NCBI RefSeq assembly: GCF_964355755.1
Contig: NC_092676.1
Span: forward strand, 16,076,871 to 16,140,870
Source: Antedon mediterranea
Lineage: Eukaryota; Animalia; Echinodermata
DNA: 64,000 bases
Direction of reading: 5' to 3'
The notes beneath the pieces are model-generated. The model was not told where the DNA came from. It saw only the letters and a list, made by a program, of their open reading frames with translations, and made no database searches. Made by a program: the position numbers and the translations under genes. Below, piece after piece: positions 54,101 through 59,859 of the stretch (position 1 is the first letter of the stretch; each line of letters begins with the position of its first letter).

Positions 54101-54225
54101 ATGCATTTAAATGAGTGGAAAATAAACGAAAATGTACTTTTAACTCCATTTTATTGTCATTTGTTGTAATTATTTTACTCCTTCCTAGGCAGATGAGACT
54201 TACCTGAAGCAGAAGCCTGCATCAT
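2987..54225 (-). CDS. ITSN: Intersectin, long isoform (EH-EH-coiled coil-5xSH3-DH-PH-C2), 42 coding exons, ~1872 aa
   Basis: Exons joined by GT-AG boundaries (one possible GC donor) with consistent phases; summed CDS 5619 nt is divisible by 3. The domain order is diagnostic of intersectin. ITSN1 vs ITSN2 cannot be assigned; likely a single invertebrate orthologue. Confidence 0.97.
3982..4155 (-). CDS. ITSN: ITSN exon, C2 domain
   Basis: [12 protein letters not shown]...[12 protein letters not shown]...[10 protein letters not shown]; AG/GT boundaries, phase 1-1. Confidence 0.95.
4630..4716 (-). CDS. ITSN: ITSN exon, C2 start
   Basis: [28 protein letters not shown]; gtaagg donor. Confidence 0.93.
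5035..5117 (-). CDS. ITSN: ITSN exon, PH C-terminal helix
   Basis: [27 protein letters not shown]. Confidence 0.93.
5661..5779 (-). CDS. ITSN: ITSN exon, PH domain
   Basis: [39 protein letters not shown]. Confidence 0.93.
6016..6147 (-). CDS. ITSN: ITSN exon, PH domain
   Basis: [21 protein letters not shown]...YKMYRQ. Confidence 0.95.
6478..7155 (+). mobile_element. Non-autonomous Helentron/Helitron2-like element
   Basis: 5' CTCCGCCAAGGAGG followed by (GTTT)n; 3' GGCGGAGG sub-terminal inverted repeat, short hairpin and CTAGTT end. Confidence 0.65.
7453..7524 (-). CDS. ITSN: ITSN exon, PH start
   Basis: [24 protein letters not shown]. Confidence 0.95.
7726..7893 (-). CDS. ITSN: ITSN exon, DH end
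   Basis: [46 protein letters not shown]. Confidence 0.96.
8863..8961 (-). CDS. ITSN: ITSN exon, DH domain
   Basis: [33 protein letters not shown] (DH conserved region 3). Confidence 0.96.
9377..9484 (-). CDS. ITSN: ITSN exon, DH domain
   Basis: [36 protein letters not shown]. Confidence 0.95.
9597..9777. mobile_element. Tourist/Harbinger-like MITE (family A)
   Basis: TIR AGCTCTGTCTACACTATC / GATAGTGTAGACAGACCT flanked by TAA on both sides. Confidence 0.8.
12440..12620. mobile_element. Small MITE
   Basis: TIR TAAGATTTATCGCAAAT.GCTTG / CAAGCAATTTGCGATAAACCTTA. Confidence 0.6.
12965..13040 (-). CDS. ITSN: ITSN exon, DH domain
   Basis: [25 protein letters not shown]. Confidence 0.94.
14050..14412 (-). 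mobile_element. L2/CR1-clade LINE 3' fragment with (TTA)n tail
   Basis: Minus-strand translation [50 protein letters not shown] is the typical L2 ORF2 C-terminus. Confidence 0.8.
14510..14616 (-). CDS. ITSN: ITSN exon, DH domain
   Basis: [35 protein letters not shown]. Confidence 0.95.
14842..14963 (-). CDS. ITSN: ITSN exon, first long-isoform (DH start) exon
   Basis: (T|GG=W)[40 protein letters not shown]. Confidence 0.95.
16813..16827 (-). CDS. ITSN: Candidate 15-nt microexon (SSYLR) in the SH3E-DH linker
   Basis: tattttctttcag CTTCATATTTACGAT gtaagta; phase 1-1, no stop, keeps the downstream T|GG Trp. Confidence 0.55.
18260..18600 (+). mobile_element. Degenerate Helentron-like non-autonomous repeat, 5' part
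   Basis: 5' hairpin TAGGCTATC...GATAGCCTA followed by TTGT, internal TGAAACTTGG motif; boundaries approximate. Confidence 0.4.
23260..23649 (-). other. ITSN: Candidate alternative terminal exon of short intersectin isoform (split TGA stop plus 3' UTR)
   Basis: Acceptor tattctcttttag|GA; SH3E exon ends in T, giving T|GA; AATAAA at 23286-23281; 3' end approximate. Confidence 0.6.
23843..24145 (+). mobile_element. tRNA-derived SINE with Deu/Nin-like central domain
   Basis: A box TGGTTGAGCGG, B box GGTTCGAG, core GATAAGGACTATAAACC...TTAAGAACC...GTAGGGGGTTACCCTGGTG, tail GACTGAAGAGGTCACC; second copy at 46996. Confidence 0.75.
25000..25191 (-). CDS. ITSN: ITSN exon, SH3E
   Basis: [19 protein letters not shown]...[22 protein letters not shown]; ends GAT T|gtaagt. 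Confidence 0.97.
25386..25681. mobile_element. Tc1/mariner-type MITE with a nested hairpin MITE (~25466-25577)
   Basis: Outer AGTAGAACCC / GGGTTTCTACTG termini; inner GAGGCAAGCCATG...ATCTTTATTTGATCATCA / TGATGATCAAATAAAGAT...TTGCCTC, also at 50701-50816. Confidence 0.6.
26165..26192 (-). CDS. ITSN: ITSN 28-nt exon, SH3D-E linker
   Basis: tttcag AGGTCAACCACTCCAGCTGCAAACATGA gtaagt; required to convert phase 0 to phase 1. Confidence 0.88.
26355..26516. mobile_element. Tourist/Harbinger-like MITE (family A)
   Basis: TGTCTACACTATCAAA / TTTGATAGTGTAGACA inverted termini, internal ATCACTACCATATT duplication. Confidence 0.8.
26717..26839 (-). CDS. ITSN: ITSN exon, SH3D second half
   Basis: [19 protein letters not shown]. 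Confidence 0.96.
27470..27591 (-). CDS. ITSN: ITSN exon, SH3D first half
   Basis: [41 protein letters not shown]. Confidence 0.96.
28183..28413 (-). CDS. ITSN: ITSN exon, SH3C (3' end either 28249 with GT donor or 28183 with GC donor)
   Basis: [18 protein letters not shown]...GEWWTG...FPSNYVQK; two phase-1 donors 66 nt apart. Confidence 0.9.
28915..28982 (-). CDS. ITSN: ITSN exon, SH3B-C linker
   Basis: [22 protein letters not shown]; phase 2-1 fits neighbours. Confidence 0.87.
29615..29817 (-). CDS. ITSN: ITSN exon, SH3B
   Basis: [35 protein letters not shown]...[10 protein letters not shown]. Confidence 0.96.
30128..30251 (-). CDS. ITSN: ITSN exon, SH3A-B linker
   Basis: [41 protein letters not shown]; phase 2-0 fits. 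Confidence 0.88.
30611..31107 (-). CDS. ITSN: ITSN exon, SH3A second half plus FG-repeat linker
   Basis: [31 protein letters not shown], then S/D/N-rich FG repeats and WASF; open throughout, gtgaga donor. Confidence 0.93.
31992..32215 (-). CDS. ITSN: ITSN exon, SH3A first half
   Basis: [10 protein letters not shown]...[27 protein letters not shown]. Confidence 0.93.
32379..32435 (-). CDS. ITSN: ITSN 57-nt mini-exon
   Basis: [19 protein letters not shown]; phase 1-1, gtaaga donor. Confidence 0.8.
32765..32818 (-). CDS. ITSN: ITSN 54-nt mini-exon
   Basis: [18 protein letters not shown]; phase 1-1, gtaagc donor. Confidence 0.8.
33267..33329 (-). CDS. ITSN: ITSN 63-nt mini-exon
   Basis: [21 protein letters not shown]; phase 1-1. 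Confidence 0.75.
33512..33550 (-). CDS. ITSN: ITSN 39-nt mini-exon
   Basis: [13 protein letters not shown]; phase 1-1, gtatgt donor. Confidence 0.8.
33754..33983 (-). CDS. ITSN: ITSN exon, coiled-coil end
   Basis: [31 protein letters not shown]...SNFESFANF; gtgagt donor. Confidence 0.92.
34191..34297 (-). CDS. ITSN: ITSN exon, coiled coil
   Basis: [35 protein letters not shown]. Confidence 0.92.
34850..35981. mobile_element. Non-autonomous DNA transposon with TTAA target duplication (Kolobok-like)
   Basis: TTAA|AATGGACCTGAAATGGATTTTCGATTTT ... AAAATCGAAATTCCATTTCAGGTCCATT|TTAA; no transposase ORF recognised. Confidence 0.8.
36097..36236 (-). CDS. ITSN: ITSN exon, coiled coil
   Basis: [46 protein letters not shown]. 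Confidence 0.92.
36376..37466. repeat. TA-flanked MITE whose interior is expanded into a 54/80-bp tandem array
   Basis: TA|CAGTAGAA ... TTCTACTG|TA termini; unit GAGCTGTCCCCTGTATAGGGGTTAGTAATAATGTATTACTATCATTCTCCTTCA with or without a 26-bp insert. Confidence 0.85.
37537..37624 (-). CDS. ITSN: ITSN exon, coiled coil
   Basis: [27 protein letters not shown]; two phase-1 donors, gtatat (exon end 37543) and gtaagt (37537). Confidence 0.88.
39000..39345 (-). pseudogene. Decayed Academ-type transposase fragment
   Basis: Collinear remnants across stops and frameshifts: [53 protein letters not shown]; these match the recalled Academ motif series. Confidence 0.65.
39346..41420. repeat. 30-bp minisatellite, ~70 units, with ~301-bp higher-order repeat at 40.7-41.4 kb
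   Basis: Unit GACAAAGAAGGGGGTGTAAGACCATCCACA; source of the many overlapping ORFs in the track. Confidence 0.95.
42372..42512 (-). CDS. ITSN: ITSN exon, coiled coil
   Basis: [47 protein letters not shown]. Confidence 0.93.
42943..43092 (-). CDS. ITSN: ITSN exon, coiled coil
   Basis: [50 protein letters not shown]. Confidence 0.95.
43553..43717 (-). CDS. ITSN: ITSN exon, coiled coil (KLERQ-type)
   Basis: [55 protein letters not shown]. Confidence 0.95.
43957..45599 (-). repeat. 73/75-bp tandem array, 22 units, each an exon 3' end plus 5' splice site
   Basis: Unit ATGGAACTTGAACGACGTAGAGCAATGCTGCAGGAAGAACAGAAGAAAGAAAGA|GTAAGTTTGTAAATTAGATAA; donors counted from 45543 to 43980. Confidence 0.95.
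45544..45641 (-). CDS. ITSN: ITSN exon, coiled-coil start
   Basis: [33 protein letters not shown]. Confidence 0.94.
45840..46090 (-). CDS. ITSN: ITSN exon, EH2 second half
   Basis: [46 protein letters not shown]. Confidence 0.96.
46807..46980 (-). CDS. ITSN: ITSN exon, EH2 first half
   Basis: [49 protein letters not shown]. Confidence 0.95.
46996..47242 (+). mobile_element. tRNA-derived SINE, internally deleted copy, antisense to ITSN
   Basis: TGGCCGAGCGGTT A box; body and GACTGAAGAGGTCACCCAGTAT(A)n tail homologous to 23843-24145. Confidence 0.8.
47410..47641 (-). CDS. ITSN: ITSN exon, M/G/P/Q-rich EH1-EH2 linker
   Basis: [21 protein letters not shown]...PIVGSPDS; phase 1-2 fits. Confidence 0.9.
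48822..48976 (-). CDS. ITSN: ITSN exon, EH1 end
   Basis: [40 protein letters not shown]. Confidence 0.96.
50071..50134 (-). CDS. ITSN: ITSN exon, EH1
   Basis: [22 protein letters not shown]. Confidence 0.96.
50701..50816. mobile_element. Hairpin MITE
   Basis: AAATAATGAGAGGCAAGCCATGATT / AATCATGGCTTGCCTCTCGTTATTT inverted termini; related copy at ~25466. Confidence 0.7.
51006..51086 (-). CDS. ITSN: ITSN exon, EH1 start
   Basis: [27 protein letters not shown]. Confidence 0.95.
52264..52419. mobile_element. Tourist/Harbinger-like MITE (family A); truncated copy at ~51984-52072
   Basis: TTA|AGCTCTGTTTACACTA ... TAGTGTACACAGAGCT|TTA. Confidence 0.85.
52806..52869 (-). CDS. ITSN: Candidate alternative first coding exon (or 45-nt cassette 52806-52850)
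   Basis: [24 protein letters not shown] then G|gtaagt, phase 1 matching the EH1 exon. Confidence 0.5.
53724..53915. repeat. 15-16 bp tandem repeat (ATTTTTATGTACCCCC), ~11 copies
   Basis: Seen directly. Confidence 0.95.
54003..54178. repeat. Near-perfect inverted repeat, ~65-bp arms (hairpin MITE)
   Basis: GTAAAATAATTACAACAAATGACAATAAAATGGAGTTAAAAGTACATTTTC and its exact reverse complement. Confidence 0.9.
54204..54225 (-). CDS. ITSN: ITSN probable start-codon exon (whole exon 54204-54285)
   Basis: tcctttttcttctag acceptor; AAC ATG ATG CAG GCT TCT GCT TCA G|gtaagt = MMQASAS, phase 1. Confidence 0.75.
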
Positions 54226-54569
54226 GTTGATAAATTTTAAAGCTGGGTTATCAAAAGCACAATGATTATATAAGTCATCACATTTCTAGAAGAAAAAGGA
54301 ATTATAATGCGTGTGAAATCAATTTTCAGTAATGAAAAATAAAATAAAGAGTAGAAGCTTTTACAAAACACTTAATCTAGTTCTGATTGGTCAGTTAAAA
54401 TGCTTACGTAGGCCTATACATAATATATTTTTTGTCCATTCATATATACAGTAACAAAGTAAATACAGATTCGAGGTAGATGGCTCAGTGGTGTATGTAA
54501 TGATGAGGCTGTATGGTCCCAGCCAGCGGTTGTTCAGGGACGATTCTCTATCTCTGCTGCACAATGGTG

Positions 54570-57500
54570 AACAGACGATCAGGGCCAAGGACGATCGGGC
54601 CACAGACGATAGTGGCCATCATAGAGACGATCAGGCCCATTTTTTTATGTGCCCGATAATCTTATAAGTTTGGCCTGACCGTCTTATGCATTGGGTTCGA
54701 TAGTCTTAACCGTTGGGCCCGATAGTGTTAACATTGGGCCAGATAGCCAAGTGTATCGTTTGTAAATCCGTTCCATTATACTGTAGTTTATAATTGAGTT
54801 TTCGACAAACAAAAGATTAATGGTAGCCATTACGTACGATTAAAAAAGATATGATGAAAAAATATGAGATTAATAAAGGTGGCGTAACCTAAAAAACACC
54901 ACATTTTGCCAAATGTCATTTGGTAACTGTATATTTGTGCCTATTATATTGCTATTGGTTTGGGGAGAGCCTGATTGATTTTTTATTTTTATTTCATTGT
55001 GTCTGGTATAGAAAAAATAGTAGGCCCCAATGTCTCCTTAAAATAGGGTAATCAAAATAGGTCACAGTGCATATCGGCCGCCGGTTATGGAACGCCCAAA
55101 ATCATGAAACGCCAAAAAGACAAAACATGTATTGTTCATTTCGGCCGCCAGAATCGTCAATAATGTTGTTGCCTTAATGGTCAAAAGGGTGTATAAATGT
55201 GTCTATTGCCTACAGTAAATAGACGTGCATATTTAAAAAGCAAGCAATCAACAAAAACAATCGTACTTTTTGATTTGCATGGAGTTGCGCTATCTATATT
55301 TTACTATCATTCGCCGGCTTCTTCCTGAGCCCCACAACAACCACTGTGAAATAAAGTAAGTCGTGTAGAAATACTTTAGTTAAAACTACTAAACTAGGCC
55401 TAATCCCTTCATAAGTCATACATCGGCTGTGTGATTTACACACCTACGCTCGCGCTAAGGTCAAATTTTCGTTCGCCAAAATGGCGAAAGGTTTTGAAAA
55501 ACATTAGCCAAATTGAAAATCCTTTAGCCAAATTTAAAAAACCATAAAAATTCGCAAAAATGTTTATTAAATAAATAATGCATGTATTTGTTTGTTATTT
55601 TACTTCTTTTACATTTATATTATTATTATTTATCCCAATGAAGCTGATTTTCGTTACCGCGATTTTAACACGTTCGTGAAATTTCAAAAAGTGACGTGTC
55701 TTTGAAGTTAAAAATATACTATTTCTTATGAACCCATGAGAATAAAAATTATATGCCTGGAAAGATCTTGTTTAAGGGATTATTTTTATATATTTTTAAT
55801 CTATGTTTATTAAATATTTTAATAGAAAACACGAGTTAAAAATGAGGTACAAAAGCCGGCGAGCCGAAATCTGCGCGCTAAAAATAACTTTGGAAAACAC
55901 CTACCCATTTTCGCACCTGATCGCACGAGGTCCATAATAGGTGGTGGAGTAATTTTTGTTGCATGTTATTAGGCTTTAAATACTCTTTATTTTGATATGT
56001 AAATCGGTTATTATTATTATGTACATCCGCCTCATATGTCAATTTTAACGATAACAATTTTTTAGCCTTTCTCATTATCAAAATCTGGCTAATTTAGTAA
56101 TGAATTAAAGCTAATTTATATTTCTGTTTGATAAACCACATCGTTTTATTTGACTTTGCGTGGACCTGGTGCGAAGAAGCCAACAAGACCAACCACTGAA
56201 AAAAATAATCCCTACCATAAATATCAGTGTTTACCATTTTCCTTACGGGGGATTCAGTTCTCCGCTTATTACTAAATTACCGTCGCCTAGGTATTAGCGC
56301 GTTAATTAATGATTGGATAAACCCCGCACAGTGGACTGTTCCATTTTCTGAACTAGTATTCGCCGCACACGAGGCATGTCGAAAAATGTCGCCTCTCATC
56401 ATGGAATACTTGCTTCGAAACGTCAATTTTACCGATTTATTAAATTATTTAATAAGTGGAATATTTATCAATCTATTATATAAAACAAGTACGTTAGGAA
56501 GAAATGTACCACTGAAATTTAAGAAGCTTTGAATTTGCTATGCAGCGGCCGTAACCCATTCTATGTAGGCGGCCGAAACGCGCTTTGGCCAGGGTTGCCG
56601 TTGTAGTATACGTTGTTTCTTAGCTATTAAGCGCAAATTTCGGTTAGAATAATCGAAAGGGAAATAAAATTAAACATGTTAACATTATACTATTGAGGTA
56701 ATTACTTTGTTAAATTTAAAATTCCCCTTTTTAAATAACAGAACAGCCTCGTTTACGGAAGTATTCGTCCACATGTTTCTGTTTACATTTTCTTCTCGAA
56801 GTTCATTTTCTACGTCGAAGAATAGGGACTTCCCCTTTTATTCGCTCATCATCACGTCGACGACGACCGGCCACGAACCAATCACATTAACTGTGTGTCA
56901 TTAAAACGTCATCGAGGCACGCTCTGCGCATGTTTAAACAGAACTAAAAAAATGAACACGGCGATCGTGACGTCGTCACATAAAATGCTGTTGTGGTAAA
57001 AAGTGTACCCGAGTCAGAAAGTACCGAAGTGTGGCGAATTCTCGCTCCCATAAGAAGTCACGCCGACCAGGCTAGGCCTAGGCTTGGAAATGTATTTTCG
57101 CCAATTTGGCGAACGAGGCAATAATTATTTTCGCCAAATGGAGACTCCAGTCGCCATTGGCGAATTGGCGAGCGGTTAGCGCGAGCCTAGCACACGTCTA
57201 TTTATTGGCACATGTATACACCCTCTTTGACAATTAAGGCGTGCCATACGTTACTAACAATTTTGACGATTCTCACGGCCGAAATGAACAATACATATTT
57301 TGTCTTTTTTGGCGTTTCATGATTTTGGGCGTTCCATAACCGGCGGCCGAAATGACTGGCGGCCGAAATGATCAGACACCATCGTAATATATAATGATAT
57401 TTTATGGTGAACAATCCAATTCATTTTCGTGTACCCGATCGTCTTCCTTTTATTTTTAAAATAATAAGCCCGATCGTCTAGTTATATTAATTATTATTGG

Positions 57501-57632
57501 GCCCGAACATCCACACAGTTTTGAGTCCGAACGTCAACAAAGTGGGGCCCGAATGTCTGCACACGTTGTTAGTACCTGATCGTCTTTTAAAAAAAGCCTG
57601 ATCGTCCATGCATGGCCCCGATTGTCTGTCAA
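54570..57632. mobile_element. Nest of three inverted-repeat (non-autonomous DNA transposon) layers
   Basis: Outer GACGATCGGGCC subterminal repeats at both ends; middle ~150-bp arms 55073-55227 / 57193-57350; inner TIR CTACGCTCGCGCTAA / TTAGCGCGAGCCTAG (55444-57190) with TTCGCCAA..TGGCGAA repeats. Confidence 0.75.
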
Positions 57633-57950
57633 TCTTCACAATCACTCTACTACTAGTACTAGCCTAGAGTAGGGATAGGCCTAGCTACCTAGCCTAGGTC
57701 AGTGAGTTTAGTCAGTTGCCTAAAAGCGGTAGGACTACCTATAGGCCTACTACTAGCCTAGCTAGCTAGGCCTACTATTAGTATTACTAGCCTACTAGCT
57801 AGCCTATAGGCCCAGCTAGCTAGCCTCCTAGCCTAGCCTAGGCCTACTAGACCCAACTAAATAAAGCAAATTATACACTAAACGTGTGTGTAATACAATT
57901 CATGGATCGATCTCAATTCATATATACTAATAATGCGATTAATAATTTAC

Positions 57951-58110
57951 CCTAAAAACGGTAATCAGTCCAGTACTACCACCAACCAGCGGTGCGTAGA
58001 CGCCCTTCGTAAAGGTTAAATTTCATGCCCACCACCACCACCAGTCGGCGCTCACACTTGTTGTCCACTCTTTAGAAAATATAGATTAAGGCCCATGATT
58101 GGTTGAACCA
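57951..58110 (-). promoter_or_regulatory. Probable ITSN promoter and non-coding first exon
   Basis: AGG|gtaaat donor at 57950, CpG-containing segment, CCAAT box on minus strand near 58100, TAGGCCTA-rich tract immediately downstream. Confidence 0.5.
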
Positions 58111-58879
58111 AACAGGATAAAAATACTAAATGACTTAGATGTATTTTGTTTTAAAATCAATGTAAATGCCAAAAACCTATAAAGATATCCTTATTGTTGA
58201 AAAATTATGTTTTTTGATAAAACTGATCTTTTATATCTATTAATACTTTGTTTTGATTAATGCAAGGGTAAAACTTTCCTAAATATTTTGACCAATGAAA
58301 TTCTCGGTACATAAGCATTTGATAGAGAAGGCCATGTCAATATTACGCATGAGCAGTTTTGTAGAAAACATTGGATACTGCTAGGCCTAGAGTAGTGACA
58401 GGTATAGTATGTAGTTGTTTTTTGATAACAGAGAACTATCACTTATGCCATCCTCGTATATAATTAATTTCGTACGGAAAATACATTTAATTGATTTTAT
58501 CATTAGATAGAGTATCATTCTTAGAATTAATTATCAGTAATATATATAATTTTTTAAATGTTAGGGATATATTTTAAAATAACTATAAATAGATATATAA
58601 TTACACAAACTCAAGATGTTCTTTTCTGCCTGAAACCTAGGCCGAGGAGGAGGCCTCCTCCTCCTCAGCTCTCTGCTCTCACTTCGTTCGTTTCGCTACC
58701 TGATCCGTGCAGGCCTAGGCCTAGGCTAGACTGGATATTATGATTGCAAGCCAAAAAGGTAGATTTAGAAGCATATTTTATTGATTACCCATCATCAGTG
58801 TCACCCTTAAACAGATAGTTAAGCTATATTTGTAGGTCATAGCTTATTTCAGACAATATTTTAGCCTCCAAAAAGGGCA

Positions 58880-59465
58880 GATTAGGCCTAGAGGGCAGGC
58901 CTATATTATAGCCTATAGGCTAGCCTAGTCTAGGCCTAGCTAGCTAGCTAGGGCCTAGGCCTAGTTAGGCTAGCATCTCTCTACTCTAGCTAATAGTTTA
59001 GGCCTAAAAACTAGGTAGGCCTAGTACTACTAGGCCTACTATGGCTAGCCTTGTCTAGCTAGGCCTAGAAATAGAAAGATCTAGCCTAGCTAGAGTAGTA
59101 GGCTAGGCTAGTAGGCCCACCTGGTTAGGCCCTACTAGGGAACTGGTAGGCTAGCTAGCTAGGCCTACTTACTAGCTAATAAGTAGCTAGGCCTAGGCTG
59201 CCTAACTAGCTAGCTCTATGTATTCTAGTTAGGGCCTAGACTAGTTTATTAGGCCTTAGTTTAGGCTGATTAGGCCTGTCTAGTCCTAGTTAAATAAATA
59301 GGCATATAACCAGGCTCAGTCTAAACACTCTAGCTAGGCCTATCTATATGAGACCTGTGCTATTAATTATAGGACTAGGCCTAGGGCCTTGCTAGCTAGC
59401 CAGCAGAATGGTCTAGAGAGGCATAGGCCTAGCTAGGGATAGGCTGGGGGGTCATAGACAGCCTA
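58880..59465. repeat. Low-complexity CTAG/TAGGCCTA palindrome-rich tract; a second tract at 57650-57850
   Basis: Dense TAGGCCTA, GCTAGC and CTAG words. Confidence 0.85.
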
Positions 59466-59859
59466 TCTATATAAAATATTAGATAGGTAGGTAGGAGTAT
59501 TAAGATTCATCAGTGTGTAAGTTGATTTCATTGCTAATGCCAAGGTATTAGGCCTGTTTATTTTCAGGTTGAAAGCAATGGATAAACAGAGATTCAATTC
59601 TACAACAAAAGAGACAAAAGTCAAACTCAAACTGATAATTAACAATGTTTCCAGTTAAATTAATGTTAATTATTTTAATAGATTGTAGTGACCCTAACTA
59701 CCTTACTGTTTGTGTATGGCTGTAATATTATATTAAATGTCATCACAATTAGTAAGGTTGTGAGGCTTCACAATTTCAAACAACTCTTCTTGTGTCTCTT
59801 CTTCATGTGGATGGATTAAAAAATACTGTGAGTATTGTACACTCTTTATATGAATATAT

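Noticed and set aside
56227-56532. 101-aa ORF inside the nested element as a transposase
   Set aside because: No recognisable DDE or zinc-finger motif, and a non-ATG start.
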